The notes under the pieces were generated by a model that was not told the origin of the DNA, ran no database searches, and was given only the letters and a program-made list of their open reading frames with translations. A stretch of DNA of 49,574 bases, from contig JAUVXW010000035.1 in assembly GCA_030603385.1 (NCBI GenBank), positions 1 to 49,574 of the forward strand. Reading direction: 5' to 3'. How positions within the stretch are numbered: the first letter of the stretch is position 1; every line of letters begins with the position of its first letter. The translations under genes were made by a program, and so were the position numbers. The DNA comes from Promethearchaeota archaeon (GTDB lineage: Archaea; Asgardarchaeota; Lokiarchaeia; Sigyniarchaeales; SOKP01). This document shows, piece after piece, positions 48,650 through 49,574 of this stretch.

Positions 48650-49447
48650 ATGCCTAAAGTTAAAGTCAAAGATATTAATTTAAATTATGAAAGTTTTGGA
48701 GAAGGCTTTCCACTAATAATGATTTTGGGATTAGAGAGTAATATTGATTGGTGGGGTCGGTCTCTATTAAGAAAAATTTCTAATCATTTTAGGGTTATTG
48801 TATTTGACAATAGAGGAACTGGAAGATCAGATGCCCCCGATATAAAATTTACTCTAAAAACATTAATAGAGGATACAGTAGGTTTGATGGATGTATTAAA
48901 TATTGAACAAGCACATGTTTTTGGTCATTCCATGGGGGGTAGAATTGCTCAAGGTGTAGTTTTAAATTATCCTAAAAGAGTAAAGAAATTAATAATATGT
49001 TCATCAAGTTGTGGTGAATCTAAGCTAATTCCTGCTTCTCCAGAAGTAATTCATATAGTAAGAAAACCAAGAGAAAACCAATCCCCTGAGGAAGCAGCAA
49101 AAAATATGTTATCTATTTTTTATACTAAAGAATTCTTGAAGAAGAATCCCAAAATTGTAGAGATTGCCATTCAAAATATGACAAAGGTAAAAACATCTCC
49201 AAAAAGCTACAATCAGCAATTAGAAGCAATTGCTACTTTTGATGTTTGTGAAAGGTTAAAAAAAATAAATACGGAAACATGTGTAATGCACGGTAAGAAA
49301 GATCAACTCGTTCCACCTCAAAATGGAGAGGTTTTAGCGAAATTAATTCCGAATGCTAAATTAGTACTTTTTAAAAACAGTGGTCATGTTCCATTTGTAG
49401 AAGAACGTGAAAAGTTTATAAAATCATTAATAGATTTTTTTAAATAA
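48650..49447 (+). CDS. alpha/beta hydrolase
   Basis: FDNRGTGRS, GHSMGG, HGKKD, SGH. Confidence 0.92.
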   Translation: MPKVKVKDINLNYESFGEGFPLIMILGLESNIDWWGRSLLRKISNHFRVIVFDNRGTGRSDAPDIKFTLKTLIEDTVGLMDVLNIEQAHVFGHSMGGRIAQGVVLNYPKRVKKLIICSSSCGESKLIPASPEVIHIVRKPRENQSPEEAAKNMLSIFYTKEFLKKNPKIVEIAIQNMTKVKTSPKSYNQQLEAIATFDVCERLKKINTETCVMHGKKDQLVPPQNGEVLAKLIPNAKLVLFKNSGHVPFVEEREKFIKSLIDFFK

Positions 49448-49574
49448 TATCCCCAGATTTATTCGCTTAAGAAAGACAAGTATTTCAAAAAATATATGTT
49501 ATTAGTTGATAAAAGAAAAATTAAGAGATATTCGGTTAATTTTATAAACGAATTAACAATTATAAATTAACCCC

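Noticed and set aside
1-49574. CRISPR arrays, rRNA, IS elements, tRNA introns
   Set aside because: No regularly spaced repeats, rRNA-like sequence or transposase ORFs; both tRNAs fold without introns.

Overview
AT-rich, gene-dense archaeal chromosome segment, most likely from a Lokiarchaeia (Asgard) genome. This is inferred from a Loki-CTERM-type anchor, GGTGA/GGAGG ribosome-binding sites, BRE/TATA promoters, tRNAs without encoded CCA, a PAC2 gene and a roadblock-like protein. It holds about 42 protein genes: fadH-like (partial), rpiA, purE, thiolase, dut, ADP-forming acyl-CoA ligase, gatC, a MoxR/VWA pair, a P1B ATPase, serA and others. It also has tRNA-Ala(GGC), tRNA-Leu(CAG) and an HTH-MNT/HEPN toxin-antitoxin cassette between direct repeats. 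Main finding: a dodecin-family gene missed by the ORF track (21011..21249) is interrupted by a 32-nt insert that folds into a canonical bulge-helix-bulge (BHB). Cutting at the standard tRNA-splicing-endonuclease sites removes a stop codon and restores the frame exactly, so this is a candidate mRNA intron in an Asgard protein gene. Second finding: a 1334-aa membrane-anchored subtilase resembles eukaryotic Site-1 protease (MBTPS1) beyond its catalytic domain. No CRISPR array, rRNA, transposase or integrase was seen. All homology calls come from motif recognition, not database searches.
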